A stretch of 62,077 nucleotides of DNA from Octopus bimaculoides (GCF_001194135.2 NC_068990.1:63677771-63739847), one strand, 5' to 3'; shown: positions 12,882-24,905, counted from the first letter of the stretch. Numbers and translations are program-made. Notes: generated by a model from the sequence alone, not told the origin.

Positions 12882-13355
12882 TTATTTATTTATTTATTTA
12901 TTTATGGGTTTCAGCCAAGTGGTTGTGGTCATGCTGGAGCACCACCGTGACTTTCCGTCTTTATGCCGTGCTCTCTTCGCGTTCCTTGCATGGCTCTTCT
13001 CCTCCACCTGATATAGTCCTATCAAGAGTTTTGATGGTACATCTGGTGTATAAGACAATTTGACATCGCCGCCCTAAACTGTGTCTCATTTCGAGCCATT
13101 GGTTCGTCTGGTATCGTGGAGAGGAAAGCGTCGAGTTTTGTCTTGAAGACCTCTATATCCATGTCTTGCATGTCTCTCAACTGTTTTAGCAAGGCATTAA
13201 AAAGCTGAGGTCCTCTGAAACCGAGGCTGTTGCAGTACCTCGTTCTTATGTGAGATGCAGTAGACGGCACCTTTGGTACCATGCAGTGGCGACCTGTGCG
13301 GGCATTCTTGTAGTACTTGATGCCAAAGTTTGGCACCAGTCCTTCCAGTATTTTC
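12882..13355 (-). mobile_element. CR1/L2-group LINE 3' end (ORF2 C-terminus, 3' UTR, (ATAA)n tail)
   Basis: WKILEGLVPNFG...NSLGFRGPQLFNAL...FKTKLDAFLSTIPDEP...RAAMSNCL, followed by a UTR and an (ATAA)n tail at 12882-12905. Confidence 0.8.
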
Positions 13356-13419
13356 CATATACATATATATATGCATATACACATATATATATACCTATAT
13401 ATTTATATGTATATGTATG

Positions 13420-13475
<56 letters not shown>

Positions 13476-13539
13476 GATATGCATGCATGTATGTGTATAT
13501 ATATATATATAAATGTATATATATATGTATTATGTATGC

Positions 13540-13625
13540 GTATATCTTTGTGTTTGCGTTTGTCTCTCGCTACTGCTTGTCAACCGGTGTTGGTGTGTTT
13601 ACGTCCCAGTAACTTTGTGGTTTAT
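13540..13625 (+). mobile_element. SINE family A fragment (post-microsatellite part)
   Basis: gcttgtcaaccggtgttggtgtgtttacgtccc matches other family A copies. Confidence 0.7.
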
Positions 13626-13776
13626 CTCAAATGATGGGGTCATCGGTAATTTAAATATCTAAAAGTGTGTAGACTGTCAGGGAAATACTGCTCGAGGGAA
13701 AATGTTTGGGTTGAAACCTATATGGGAAGTCAAAGTATTCTACAGTGTGTAATTTCTTGCTATTTTACATTCCAAA

Positions 13777-13808
<32 letters not shown>

Positions 13809-14348
13809 NNNNNNNNNNNNNNNNNNNNNNNNNNNNNNNNNNNNNNNNNNNNNNNNNNNNNNNNNNNTTTTTTTTTTTTTTTTTTTTTTTTTTAGTTATA
13901 TTCTTTTTTAATGACATTTTCTATGATGTCAAACTGGTGAAAAGCTGCTAGACTCAGTCAACTTGTTTTTCATTTCTATGAATATTATCGGCAATTTTAT
14001 ATCTGAAAACATCTTGTGGATTACGTTCGTCACAATAACATCCCTAAACTATTTCAAATGTCGTATAATTAAAACGACAGATTTTTAGATGCCTCTGTGT
14101 GTGGGGGGGTGGGGGGTGTACGTGAGTACGTGTTTATGTGTGTATGTGTTTGTGTGTGTATGTTTTTGTATCTATTTAGGAATGTTTTAGCTTTATGTGC
14201 CTGTGAAAATGTACAAATGTTCCAATTACGATTTCTTTTTTTTTTTTTCACAAAAATCGATGGTGATTTCTGTAAATATGAGCATTTATACGTTAGTATT
14301 AGTATTATGGTTGCCATCAAGATAGCAAGATTTTTAGCTGGCTGCATT

Positions 14349-14530
14349 AAAGCGGCGACCTAGCAGAATCGTTAGCACGCCGTGCAAAACGCTTAGCGGC
14401 ATTTCGTCTTTACGTCCTAAGTTCAAATTCCGCCAAGGTCGACTTTGCCACTTTAAAATCATTGAGTTCAATGTAATCGACTAGCTCTTCTCCCTTGGAA
14501 TTACTGGCCTTGTGCCAAAATGTTAAACCA
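14349..14530 (+). mobile_element. SINE family B copy
   Basis: taaagcggcgacctagcagaatcgttagcacgccg...gttcaaattccgcc...ggccttgtgccaaaat; B-box-like gttcaaattcc. Confidence 0.85.
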
Positions 14531-14919
14531 GTATATGGAATCATCTTCTTCCAAGCAGTGTGTTACAAGTTATCCTTGTTTTCCTTTATTGATTTCTCAG
14601 AGAATGTAACTGCTTGGTTACAATAAAAATTGATTCCGCTGTGAAGAATGACTTAGACTGATATGCAGGATACGCTTTTATTGACCTTCTCACAGTGGAG
14701 CTAATATTGATGCTTTTGTTAAATTTTAAATAGCTTCTTCCTTTCCTCCTCACCCACCCTACCAGTTTAGGACTCCCTAACTAAGTGGTAAAAGCACACC
14801 GAATGGTAAGTTTGGGGCTTAATGTACTGAAAAATAATGTGAAAGACCCAGATTGAAATTCGAATTAATGATAAGCTCTGGTATGACTGTGTAAGAAGTT
14901 TACTTTGAAGCCTCTTCGC

Positions 14920-15222
14920 GAAACCTAGGGAAAAAAATCTTCTACTAAAGCCCCGGGCCAACCAATGTTCTGTGAGTAAATTTGCCAAACGGAAATCGTG
15001 TGGAATCCCGTCGAGTATATGTGTGTGTTTATGTCTGTATTTGTTACGTACCTCCACCGTCTGGTGGGGATGTGTGACAAAGAGACCTATAGCATAAATA
15101 CCAGATTTAAATCAAAAAGTTTGTCCGGGATTGATCTGTTCAGCTAAAACCATTCGATGAGGTGCCCCAGCATGGCCGTAATCCAATAACTGAAATGAGT
15201 AAGAGACGATAAAAGATAAATT
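14920..15222 (+). mobile_element. SINE family A, degenerate copy
   Basis: cccgggccaaccaatg...gtgagtaaatttg...acggaaa...ggtgccccagcatggccg...actgaaa. Confidence 0.7.
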
Positions 15223-16357
15223 CTCACTGAACTCTCAATATTGAACGTTGCTTTGTGATCTGTTTTGTTGAATTTGTGTTCTGCTAGAATCTTTAAGGTT
15301 CTCTTGTAAAGATGTCTCCCGGATATTTTTACATATCTGGAATGAGGTGCGCGAAAAATCACCCATTAAAGATATGCAAGCTAAACTACTATTTCTTTAA
15401 ATGGAAATAATGTTCTGGTAGCTGATGCAATATTTCTTTCAAATCTTGCGATTGTTCTGACCACCTCAGTACTACTAACTCTAAAAGATGCACTACCACT
15501 AACTCTAAAAGGTGCATTCTCACAACACCGCAAAAGGTTCCTAACTTATATAACGACCAAGTGTCGAGGTTTCCTTCTAAAAAGCTTGAGTATTTCAGAA
15601 TACTGACTGCTAATACAAACCAGTTTCACACCGCTATTGGCTTGAGAAATTAGGAGCATTTCACTCTCAAGAAATTTAATTTCTTTTTAAATGGCTCGAG
15701 ATACTCAGCTGATGCATGAACTTCTTCAGTATGGCTAATTTCATCAACTATTCTATGGCAATTTTAAAATCGTTATAATTATCTATCTCTAGCTTCCAAA
15801 ATTTTTGATGCCCATGTGCTCCCTAGTTTCACAGTAACACTTTGAATTTCTTCCCCACGGACACTGTGACTACAGAATCGCTGATGAATAAGTCACTTCG
15901 TTACTACCTTCACTCAAAATTCGTATTTTTTATAATTCTCGTATATTTCCTTGCACCAACCAATAATGATTAATTAATAGAATTTGCACCAGCATTATAT
16001 TTCAGAAAAAATACAGTTTGGTCTGTGTATTAAAAACTGTCTACTTATAACTAATTCTCACTATCGGAGAACGGCCTCTAATTTCCTTATAAATTCCGAT
16101 TCTGGTTTACTGAAAGGGTCGCATGCTTCTACTTTGAATTATTGCTTTCCCTAGAAGCCATGATTGAAAATGCGGGGTCGAAATATGTGTAGTATCAAAG
16201 CAAATTGCAAGACAATACAAGTTTTCACAATATGAAAAATTAACATGCACATTTTATGCTACTTTGATCTGACTTAATCTCTGTTTCCGTGGGTGTAAAC
16301 AGATTTTCCTCAGATTATATCATACTATCAAAGTAGAATTACTTTCGGAAGTAAGTT

Positions 16358-16525
16358 AAGGCTGCGAGCTGGCAGACTCGTTAGCATGTCAAACAAAATA
16401 TTTAACGGCATTTCTTCCGACTATTTATGTTCTGGGTCCAAATACCACCGACGTCAACTTTGTTTTTCATTCTTTCGAGGTTGATAAAATAAAGTACCAG
16501 CTGCTGGCCTTGTGCCAAAATTTGT
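16358..16525 (+). mobile_element. SINE family B, degenerate copy
   Basis: taaggctgcgagctggcagactcgttagc...aagtaccag...ggccttgtgccaaaattt. Confidence 0.8.
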
Positions 16526-16704
16526 AGCACTTACAAGTTTCAATATATAAATCTTCAACAAATTTATGCATACACATTCTCACCAACAAAGGTGAATAAG
16601 AAGAAATAAATCTTCTAGAAGTAGCAGACAGAATATAGATATAAAGAAGAAGGGAAATGAGGTGAAGACAATAAACACAGTGTAACACGATTTTTGTCCC
16701 TAGG

Positions 16705-16965
16705 TAACAACTGTTATTTCCTATTTGCTACCCCTAAAAAGTATTAAAAAATGGATAATACTTCCTTCAAACATTGCTTTTGTTACATTCATTCAAACCC
16801 CAAAGAATCCCTCTCAATACATGTCTATGAAGCTGCCCTACTACTCCTGCTCATGATCAGAGATGCACATATTGTCAGCCTCTAAGGAACAATCTCAAGT
16901 GGTTAACATCAAGTAACTTACAAGTAAATTTGTGATATTGAGCAAAATATTTGTTATAACAATAC
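16705..16965. mobile_element. Unclassified interspersed repeat family D
   Basis: ttcaaaccccaaagaatccctctcaa...ctcctgctcatgatcagagatgcacatat shared with 46806-47180 and 35390-35530. Confidence 0.7.
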
Positions 16966-17508
16966 TGCTTTAGCAACTCAGCGCTGAATCAGTCTGAAAT
17001 GTAATGGAAAATAGATCAGTTTCAAAATGTTTGTTGTCCAGGTCACCAAAGCAAGATTTGAAGGAATAGTAGTCATTTCCTTTGATTTCCAGTTGAAGCC
17101 AACAGGGAACAACACTTACTGACCAAAGACAAAAGAAACATAATAAAAATTTTGTCACACAGTGCAATGGGAGAAATAAGAGGCTAGTTAGAGAGTTGAA
17201 TGTTACAAAGAAGGAGTATATTTCTTAGGATGGGTGTAAAAGCGGATAATAAGCTGTATGAGTTCAGATCAAATGTCACTCAGTTTCATTTCCTATTTTT
17301 GACACTCACCCACTAAATCTGCCATCTGTTTGTATACACGATGCAAATAACAAATAGCTATATGATCTAAAGTGATATCTCGGAACAGCTGCTACAATAT
17401 TTCATCATCGGGATGAGAAAAGTTAGTTTCCCATCATAATCCATAATTATATTTTTAAGTGCGCTTAACATTTATGATGAATTTACCATCTTTGGATGGG
17501 GAGCGGAG

Positions 17509-17680
17509 GGCGAAGGTAAAGAATATGCACACCCGGTGTTTAGGGTTAGGGTTAGTGTTAGGGTGTAGGGTTAGAGTTAGAGTTTAGGGTTAGCGTTAGG
17601 GTTTAATGTTAGTTTTAGGGTTACGGTTAGTGTTAGGGTTACGCCGAAAACGGTTGGTGTGCGTATTCTTTACCTTCGCC
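17509..17680. mobile_element. MITE-like element: 25-bp inverted repeats enclosing degenerate (TTAGGG)n
   Basis: ggcgaaggtaaagaatatgcacacc (17509-17533) and ggtgtgcgtattctttaccttcgcc (17656-17680) are complementary at 24/25; flanked by gagcggag / aagcggag. Confidence 0.7.
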
Positions 17681-18159
17681 AAGCGGAGTTCCTCACCTAT
17701 AACACCCCGGATATACGACTCGACAACATTTTCAAAGTTAGGGGGAAGAAGTTAATGTTGACAATTACTCTCTTGACTCGGATTTCATCCGGATTATTTT
17801 ATAACCGGCTTAACAGAGTGTGGCTTAACAAGACTTCACCACTGCGCTTTAAAATAATGATACATCTTGAGACATTTGTTCATATTATCCGAGAAACAAT
17901 TCAGTTTCTATTATATTTATTCAAACCCACAAATGTTATTTTATTCTATTGCTGTTTGTTTTCCATTTTCCTTGTGAACACTTCACGCCACGTTTCAGAT
18001 GTGTCGGTAAATGATGCTGCTAATATACGTGTCTGTGTTTATATATGCATATTGCAGATAAAAGGAGAGATAAAGAGAGAGAGAGAGAGAAAGAAAAAGA
18101 ATTTAAATAAATATGGTATCTCCTTCTTCCTCCTTCTATTCTCCTTCTATCTCTCTCTC

Positions 18160-18161
18160 TA

Positions 18162-18206
<45 letters not shown>

Positions 18207-18417
18207 ACTCTTCTTTCCCTCTGTCGTTCTCTTTGTCCTCTTCTTTTCTCTTTCTCAGGTTTTCACTCATATCTCTCTTTTTAGTTTCTTTCCTTTACAT
18301 AATTACGTTTTCTCCTTTTCTACTTTTTATTTTGATTCCAAACCTCTATTTTTTTTTCAATTCTTTCTCTTACAACGTCTCTTTCTGTCTTCCTCCCTCT
18401 CTTTCCCNNNNNNNNNN

Positions 18418-18472
<55 letters not shown>

Positions 18473-18480
18473 TCTCTCTC
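18160..18480. repeat. (CT)n / polypyrimidine low-complexity tract
   Basis: Directly visible; explains the spurious 307-aa ORF 17659-18582. Confidence 0.9.
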
Positions 18481-20814
18481 TTTCTCATCACTCTTAATCA
18501 CTATCGTCCCAGCTTGCTGTTGATTTCCGTATATAAAAAATCGTTATTACCGAACATTGTCAATCAGACAGAGCAGACATAATATATAAATATTTATTTT
18601 CTCCAAAGTAGGTATATTAGACATTCTCCTTTTATTTATCTGGAGTTAACTGAAGCAAATACGCTAATAAATCAAATCTTCCATTCGAAGCATCATAAAC
18701 TACACGTGATGCCAGAAGGCATTCAATGACTTTTACTGGATTTCCAGCAGTGTTGCACTTCTAAGAGACGCCACTATGCTAGTCAATCTCAACTTCGGCC
18801 AGACTGATGCTTAAGCAATTACCTCATACTCTGCAATATATAATATAGTTGTACCTGTACATTATTGAAAAATCACACCTGCTATTGATGTACATTGTAT
18901 CTCCATAAACACTGGAATGTGGTGTATATAAGGATTCGAATATAGCACATTAAACATTCCAGTCAAAAGCATTTGTGTTTATCAAATACTATTGCACTTT
19001 TTTGTCTTTTAAAAACACACGAGCGATGTATTTGACTGGATACGTTTTAGCATTTAGAGCGTTGTCTATCGTTACAAGTTCAAATTCCATCTAAATTACT
19101 TTAGTTTTTTTAAGCTTCTGAGGTAAAGAAAACAATATCCGTAAAATACTGGAAATATTTAAGATTGAGAGCAAACCAAGGAAGTTTTTTTGTTGCATAT
19201 ATCAGATATTTCCATGGCCCTTTTTTTTCTTCTTTTTCTTGGACAAATCTAAAAAAAATTACATTCAGACATGGTTTGAATTAAAGTCTGGATTGTGAAG
19301 CATAATGCCATCGCGGTCATTTCTGCAGGGTGCGGCTGAGCATACCACTTGCTCTGAGATATGTGACCCATCACCCCTTCCCTTCTGTCTTCTGCTGCTT
19401 TACTCCCACCCACCATTTTTTTTGCCTTTTTTTCTTTTTCTTTCTTATCTCTTCTTTCCTCTTTCTTTATATTTAAATATTCTAATAAAATAAAAATGAG
19501 TTTATTCCAAATAAAATCTCCAGTGTGTAATTCGACGTCTACTAAGAAGTGTGTCTGCTTACACAAATGATTTGATGGATAATATATACCCAGGCATCAT
19601 ACTCAAAACTGCTCCAGCCTTCGTTCTGTGTGCTCTATTTCGCGAATTTGAGATATGATACCTCTGAGTAATTATTTAAATTCATCTTGTACTTATCCAG
19701 TGAAATGTCTACGTATCGCTTGAATCTGTTTGCAACTTCTTCAAGCATGCTCTTTATTGCAGAACTTTACAAAAATTGCGGACCTTTGAACAACTCAAAG
19801 TGATTGCTGCATTTCGGTTAACTTCTGTGCAGAGAGGGTGATTTATTATATATTATACAGTGGCACCAAGTTCAGGGATTTATATACTTTGCATGTCAAA
19901 GTATCGATCTATCTTTCAGATAAGTCAGTAAATATCATTTGTGTCATCACACCAAGTTTCCAACCTGTCCCAATAGTTCAGTTGCCGAATCGATGCCAAT
20001 TTATCATAAGACATAATCAAGAGACCATATAGGAAATATAATCCAAGCGACTGAGAAAAGTTTTCCATAGGGGCGACTTCATCCTGGCCCTCGTATTTGT
20101 ATGTTTTTGCCATAGTGTGCTCAATAAATGATATACCATTACTCGTTCTGATTGAGAGAAAGAGTTACGAAACGTTTTGACGAGTAGTAAATTTTCTAAC
20201 GATATATAATGGGCTAATGGGAAAACTCAGTTGAGCTTATGGCATGTATTTAGATAAATCATGTTTCCGCTTTAATGGTGAGTGATGTACTCATGAAATA
20301 TTCAGTTAAATGAATTTTGCCTTTTTGTTGGAGTAAAGAAATTAAAAACCTAGCGGAAATTGTTAGTGACTCTCTAAAATGAAATATTAAGGTGCAAGTA
20401 TGACCGTGTCTTTAAGCATTTCGTCACTAACGGACACAGGCCCACAGGTCGTGGTGTTAAACTAAGTAAATACGGTGCATCTGATAGAGATCCTCGCTGC
20501 TTTCGCCTTCCAAATTTCATTCACAAATATTTGAAACGATGCTGTTCAAAATGCCGAACACACGTAGCTACAAAGCGAACTTCTTAACAATACAACAGCT
20601 ATGCCGCTGCCCAACATTTATTATACAGCTATTTCACATTAATTTCATGTAAAATTCTTCAGAATTTATAATATAACACGGTTCTCATTAACTCGTCACC
20701 TTACACCACTCGCTTTGGGTGATTAGTGTAATGTTTCTGGTTTAACATACATTGTAACTTATTAATTGAAGAGATGCATGCTGACTCGTGGATGAGGTTG
20801 AGTATGTGGATGTG

Positions 20815-21597
20815 TGGTAGTGAGTGAGTGAGTGAGTGGTGAATAGATGAATGAGTGAGTGAAGGAGTGTGTGACTGACTGAGTGTATGAGTGAATAAGC
20901 GAGTGTGTGAGTGTGAGAGTGAATAGATGAGTGAGTGAATGAGTGACTGACTGTCTGAATGAGTGAGTGAATGAGTGAGTGGATGGGTAAAAGAGGAGCG
21001 TGTCAGTGTTTGAGTGAGCGAGCGAGCGAGTGAGTGAGTGAATGAGTGGGTGGGTGAATGGGTGAGTGAATGAGTGAGTGAAGGAGTGTGTGAGTGACTG
21101 AGTGTATGAGTGAATGAGCGAGTGTGTGAGTATGGGAGTGAATAGATGAGTGAATGAATGAGTGAGTGAGTGAGTGAGTGAAGGAGTGAGTGAAGGAGTG
21201 TGTGAGTGACTGAGTGTATGAGTGAGTGAGTGAGTGAGTGAGTGAGTGAGTGAGTGGATGAGTGAGTGGGTGGGTAAAGGAGGAGCGTGTCAGTGTCTGA
21301 ATGAGCGAGTGAGTGAGTGAGTGGATGAATGAGTGAGTAAATGAGTGAGTGAAGGAGTGTGTGAGTGAATGAGCGAGTAAGTGAAGGAGTGGGTGTGGGA
21401 GTGTGGGAGTGAATAGATGAATGAATGAGTGCTGGGTGAGTGAACGAGTGAGCGAGTGAGTGAGTGAGTGAATGAGTGAGTGAGTGAGTGAGTGAGTGAG
21501 TGAGTGAGCGAGTGAGTGATGAATGGTTGGATGAATGAATGAGTGAGTGAGTGAGTGAGTGAGTGAGTGAGAGTGAGTGAGTCAGTGAGTGAGTACA
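20815..21597. repeat. Degenerate (GAGT)n satellite with higher-order duplications
   Basis: Visible GAGT repeats; marker gaaggagtgtgtga at 20861, 21080, 21192 and 21351. Confidence 0.95.
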
Positions 21598-21865
21598 GCT
21601 ATACATCGGGAATTGATTGTATATGTGCACATGCATTTCCCGGCGTGCATTATAGTTTTTGTATGTATGTGCAGAGTCTGTCCAGACAGAGAAGATATTT
21701 GTTTAGTGTACATGAGTAGAAAAAGTTATGAATATGTATATATGAGTGTCTGTCATACATTATAATTTATTCAATTTATGTAAGCTTCGAGGTGTTTATG
21801 TATGTATTTTGTCATACACATAAAGAGACGGTAAATTTGTCTGCATGTGTAAGAGAGGAAGAAAG

Positions 21866-21923
<58 letters not shown>

Positions 21924-22455
21924 NNNNNNNNNNNNNNNNNNNNNNNNNNNNNNNNNNNNNNNNNNNNNNNNNNNNNNNNNNNNNNNNNNNNNNNNNNNNN
22001 NNNNNNNNNNNNNNNNNNNNNNNNNNNNNNNNNNNNNNNNNNNNNNNNNNNNNNNNNNNNNNNNNNNNNNNNNNNNNNNNNNNNNNNNNNNNNNNNNNNN
22101 NNNNNNNNNNNNNNNNNNNNNNNNNNNNNNNNNNNNNNNNNNNNNNNNNNNNNNNNNNNNNNNNNNNNNNNNNNNNNNNNNNNNNNNNNNNNNNNNNNNN
22201 NNNNNNNNNNNNNNNNNNNNNNNNNNNNNNNNNNNNNNNNNNNNNNNNNNNNNNNNNNNNNNNNNNNNNNNNNNNNNNNNNNNNNNNNNNNNNNNNNNNN
22301 NNNNNNNNNNNNNNNNNNNNNNNNNNNNNNNNNNNNNNNNNNNNNNNNNNNNNNNNNNNNNNNNNNNNNNNNNNNNNNNNNNNNNNNNNNNNNNNNNNNN
22401 NNNNNNNNNNNNNNNNNNNNNNNNNNNNNNNNNNNNNNNNNNNNNNNNNNNNNNN

Positions 22456-22497
<42 letters not shown>

Positions 22498-22714
22498 ACT
22501 CATGTAGACACGCGGAGACGCGGGTGCATATGCACCCATGCTCAAGTTTTACGTGGGGCACAGACGCATGTACACAAACACACTCACATACACACGCACA
22601 ATTGTAATATATACATTCCTAAATACATGTACGTGTGTGTGTGTGTGTGTATGTGTGTGTATGTGTGCGCGCGCATGTGTATGTAAATGCGTATACATGT
22701 ATGTACATGTGGAC

Positions 22715-22757
<43 letters not shown>

Positions 22758-22772
22758 CTAATTGAGAGAGGG

Positions 22773-22805
<33 letters not shown>

Positions 22806-22953
22806 CATATACACGCCTAAAAATTCACAAACCCCATAGGTTAGATAGACATGAAGTCGAGTATAGACAAACACCACTTCAGACTGCATCGAAAATGTTT
22901 CTCAAATATTATACGCAGCTCCAGACACATGAGGACACAATGATGACGACTGG

Positions 22954-23018
<65 letters not shown>

Positions 23019-23740
23019 NNNNNNNNNNNNNNNNNNNNNNNNNNNNNNNNNNNNNNNNNNNNNNNNNNNNNNNNNNNNNNNNNNNNNNNNNNNNNNNNNN
23101 NNNNNNNNNNNNNNNNNNNNNNNNNNNNNNNNNNNNNNNNNNNNNNNNNNNNNNNNNNNNNNNNNNNNNNNNNNNNNNNNNNNNNNNNNNNNNNNNNNNN
23201 NNNNNNNNNNNNNNNNNNNNNNNNNNNNNNNNNNNNNNNNNNNNNNNNNNNNNNNNNNNNNNNNNNNNNNNNNNNNNNNNNNNNNNNNNNNNNNNNNNNN
23301 NNNNNNNNNNNNNNNNNNNNNNNNNNNNNNNNNNNNNNNNNNNNNNNNNNNNNNNNNNNNNNNNNNNNNNNNNNNNNNNNNNNNNNNNNNNNNNNNNNNN
23401 NNNNNNNNNNNNNNNNNNNNNNNNNNNNNNNNNNNNNNNNNNNNNNNNNNNNNNNNNNNNNNNNNNNNNNNNNNNNNNNNNNNNNNNNNNNNNNNNNNNN
23501 NNNNNNNNNNNNNNNNNNNNNNNNNNNNNNNNNNNNNNNNNNNNNNNNNNNNNNNNNNNNNNNNNNNNNNNNNNNNNNNNNNNNNNNNNNNNNNNNNNNN
23601 NNNNNNNNNNNNNNNNNNNNNNNNNNNNNNNNNNNNNNNNNNNNNNNNNNNNNNNNNNNNNNNNNNNNNNNNNNNNNNNNNNNNNNNNNNNNNNNNNNNN
23701 NNNNNNNNNNNNNNNNNNNNNNNNNNNNNNNNNNNNNNNT

Positions 23741-24905
23741 TGTACATCCAGCATGAAAAATGTATTAGCTAACACCCATAAAACACGGAAAGAGGCAGGT
23801 TGCTCTTGCTGGGTGTACAACGACTGTCCAGTGGGAAGCCGATGCGAGGCCGAAGGATTCATCTATGAAGTTGTTGTGACACCCAGGCCTAGCGAGCACA
23901 GTAATAGTAGCAGCGGATCATCCAACAACAACGACGGCATCGGACGCAGCGACAGTGGAAAAAACACCAGCACTGACGCCAACGACCCCAGTGCCAGCGC
24001 TACAGCTAGAGAGGATGTCCAGACCGATACCAACAGCACCAGAGACGCCACCGGCCCCACGCCCTACATTACCATCAACGGTACCCACACCACCGCCGGC
24101 GACACCAGCGCCAACCCCACGGCCATGGACGACCACCACAATGATAACAACCTTAGTGACAGCAGCCACGGCAGCCCCACCGGACCCGTACGTTATAGTG
24201 ATAGCAGCGCTGTCGGCAGCCCCAAGAACGCTGGTAATAACAACAACATCCCCAGGACCGAAACCAGCCAGAGATGCATCAGTAATGCGAACACAGCCAG
24301 CACCCAAGCCTGTAAATACAACGGATCAGCCACACGACTCTCAAGCGACGCTTGTACAACCACCAGTCAACTTTGAAAGTCCCAGTGACGATTTGTCACA
24401 TCCCTGGCCAGCCATGTGTGGTGCCTCAAAGATCAAGGGACTACATACGATATCAAGTGGAAGATCTCAGAACAGCCGGGCTCCTATATCAGTGGGAGCA
24501 GGCGCTGCAAACTCTGCATAGGTATCGAGCCAGAATACTTAAAGACTCCATCAGACCTGGCTCGCTGAATACCCGCCAAGTAATATTCATACAATGTATC
24601 CATTTCAAGCGTTACCTGCTGCAAAATTGGGATTCCCCATTCGCTGATTAAGCTCGTAAGTGTCCACACGATCTGTTAGAAGACCAGGAGTTAGATCCCT
24701 ATTTCCCAAATTGGCTGGTCTAGAGAAGATAACCCGTCTTCACCAATGGCCGGAACTTTTATTCTCTGATGATTTCTGACCAATTGACCGTGACAACTTT
24801 CCACCTCCGAAAAATGAAGAGTTGAATGTCTTTGTAGTTTGATGAGCTGTCCACAAAGCTGCAGCTTTCGTGGATGCAAGACCATTGGTCACTCTATGAC
24901 CAAAC
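23741..24905 (+). mobile_element. Penelope-like element 3' part: RT-EN linker, GIY-YIG endonuclease (frameshifted) and 3' pseudo-LTR
   Basis: CTSSMKNVLANTH...GCSC....DCPVGSRC...FIYEVVVT...KYNG..TLKRRLYNHQST...TSLASHVWCLKD...IKWKI...RRCKLC...SLNTRQ...CIH; the upstream RT is lost in the gap. Confidence 0.85.
24828..24900 (+). ncRNA. Decayed type I hammerhead ribozyme in the PLE 3' region
   Basis: tgtagt TTGATGA gc tgtccac aaagc tgca gcttt cgtggat gc AAGA c cattg GTC actcta: stems II and III intact, core carries three transitions. Confidence 0.5.

Noticed and set aside
15250-16140. Possible decayed transposase on the minus strand
   Set aside because: Coding-like composition but no diagnostic motif identifiable.
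16970-17120. Possible minus-strand exon after a pyrimidine-rich acceptor (VPCWLQLEIKGNDYYSFK...)
   Set aside because: The site reads equally as a donor or an acceptor; no donor downstream; no homology recognised.
17539-17641. True telomere or chromosome-fusion scar
   Set aside because: Short, degenerate, single orientation and enclosed by inverted repeats; better explained as element-borne.
17659-18582. 307-aa ORF, hydrophobic
   Set aside because: Mostly translation of (CT)n and polypyrimidine tracts across a gap; no domain signal.
20701-21636. 311-aa His/Ser/Leu/Thr-rich ORF
   Set aside because: Reading-frame by-product of the (GAGT)n array.
22895-24376. 493-aa ORF read as a mucin-like host protein
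   Set aside because: It spans a 722-nt gap; the real part is flanked by PLE endonuclease motifs and continues through frameshifts, so it is a retroelement remnant.
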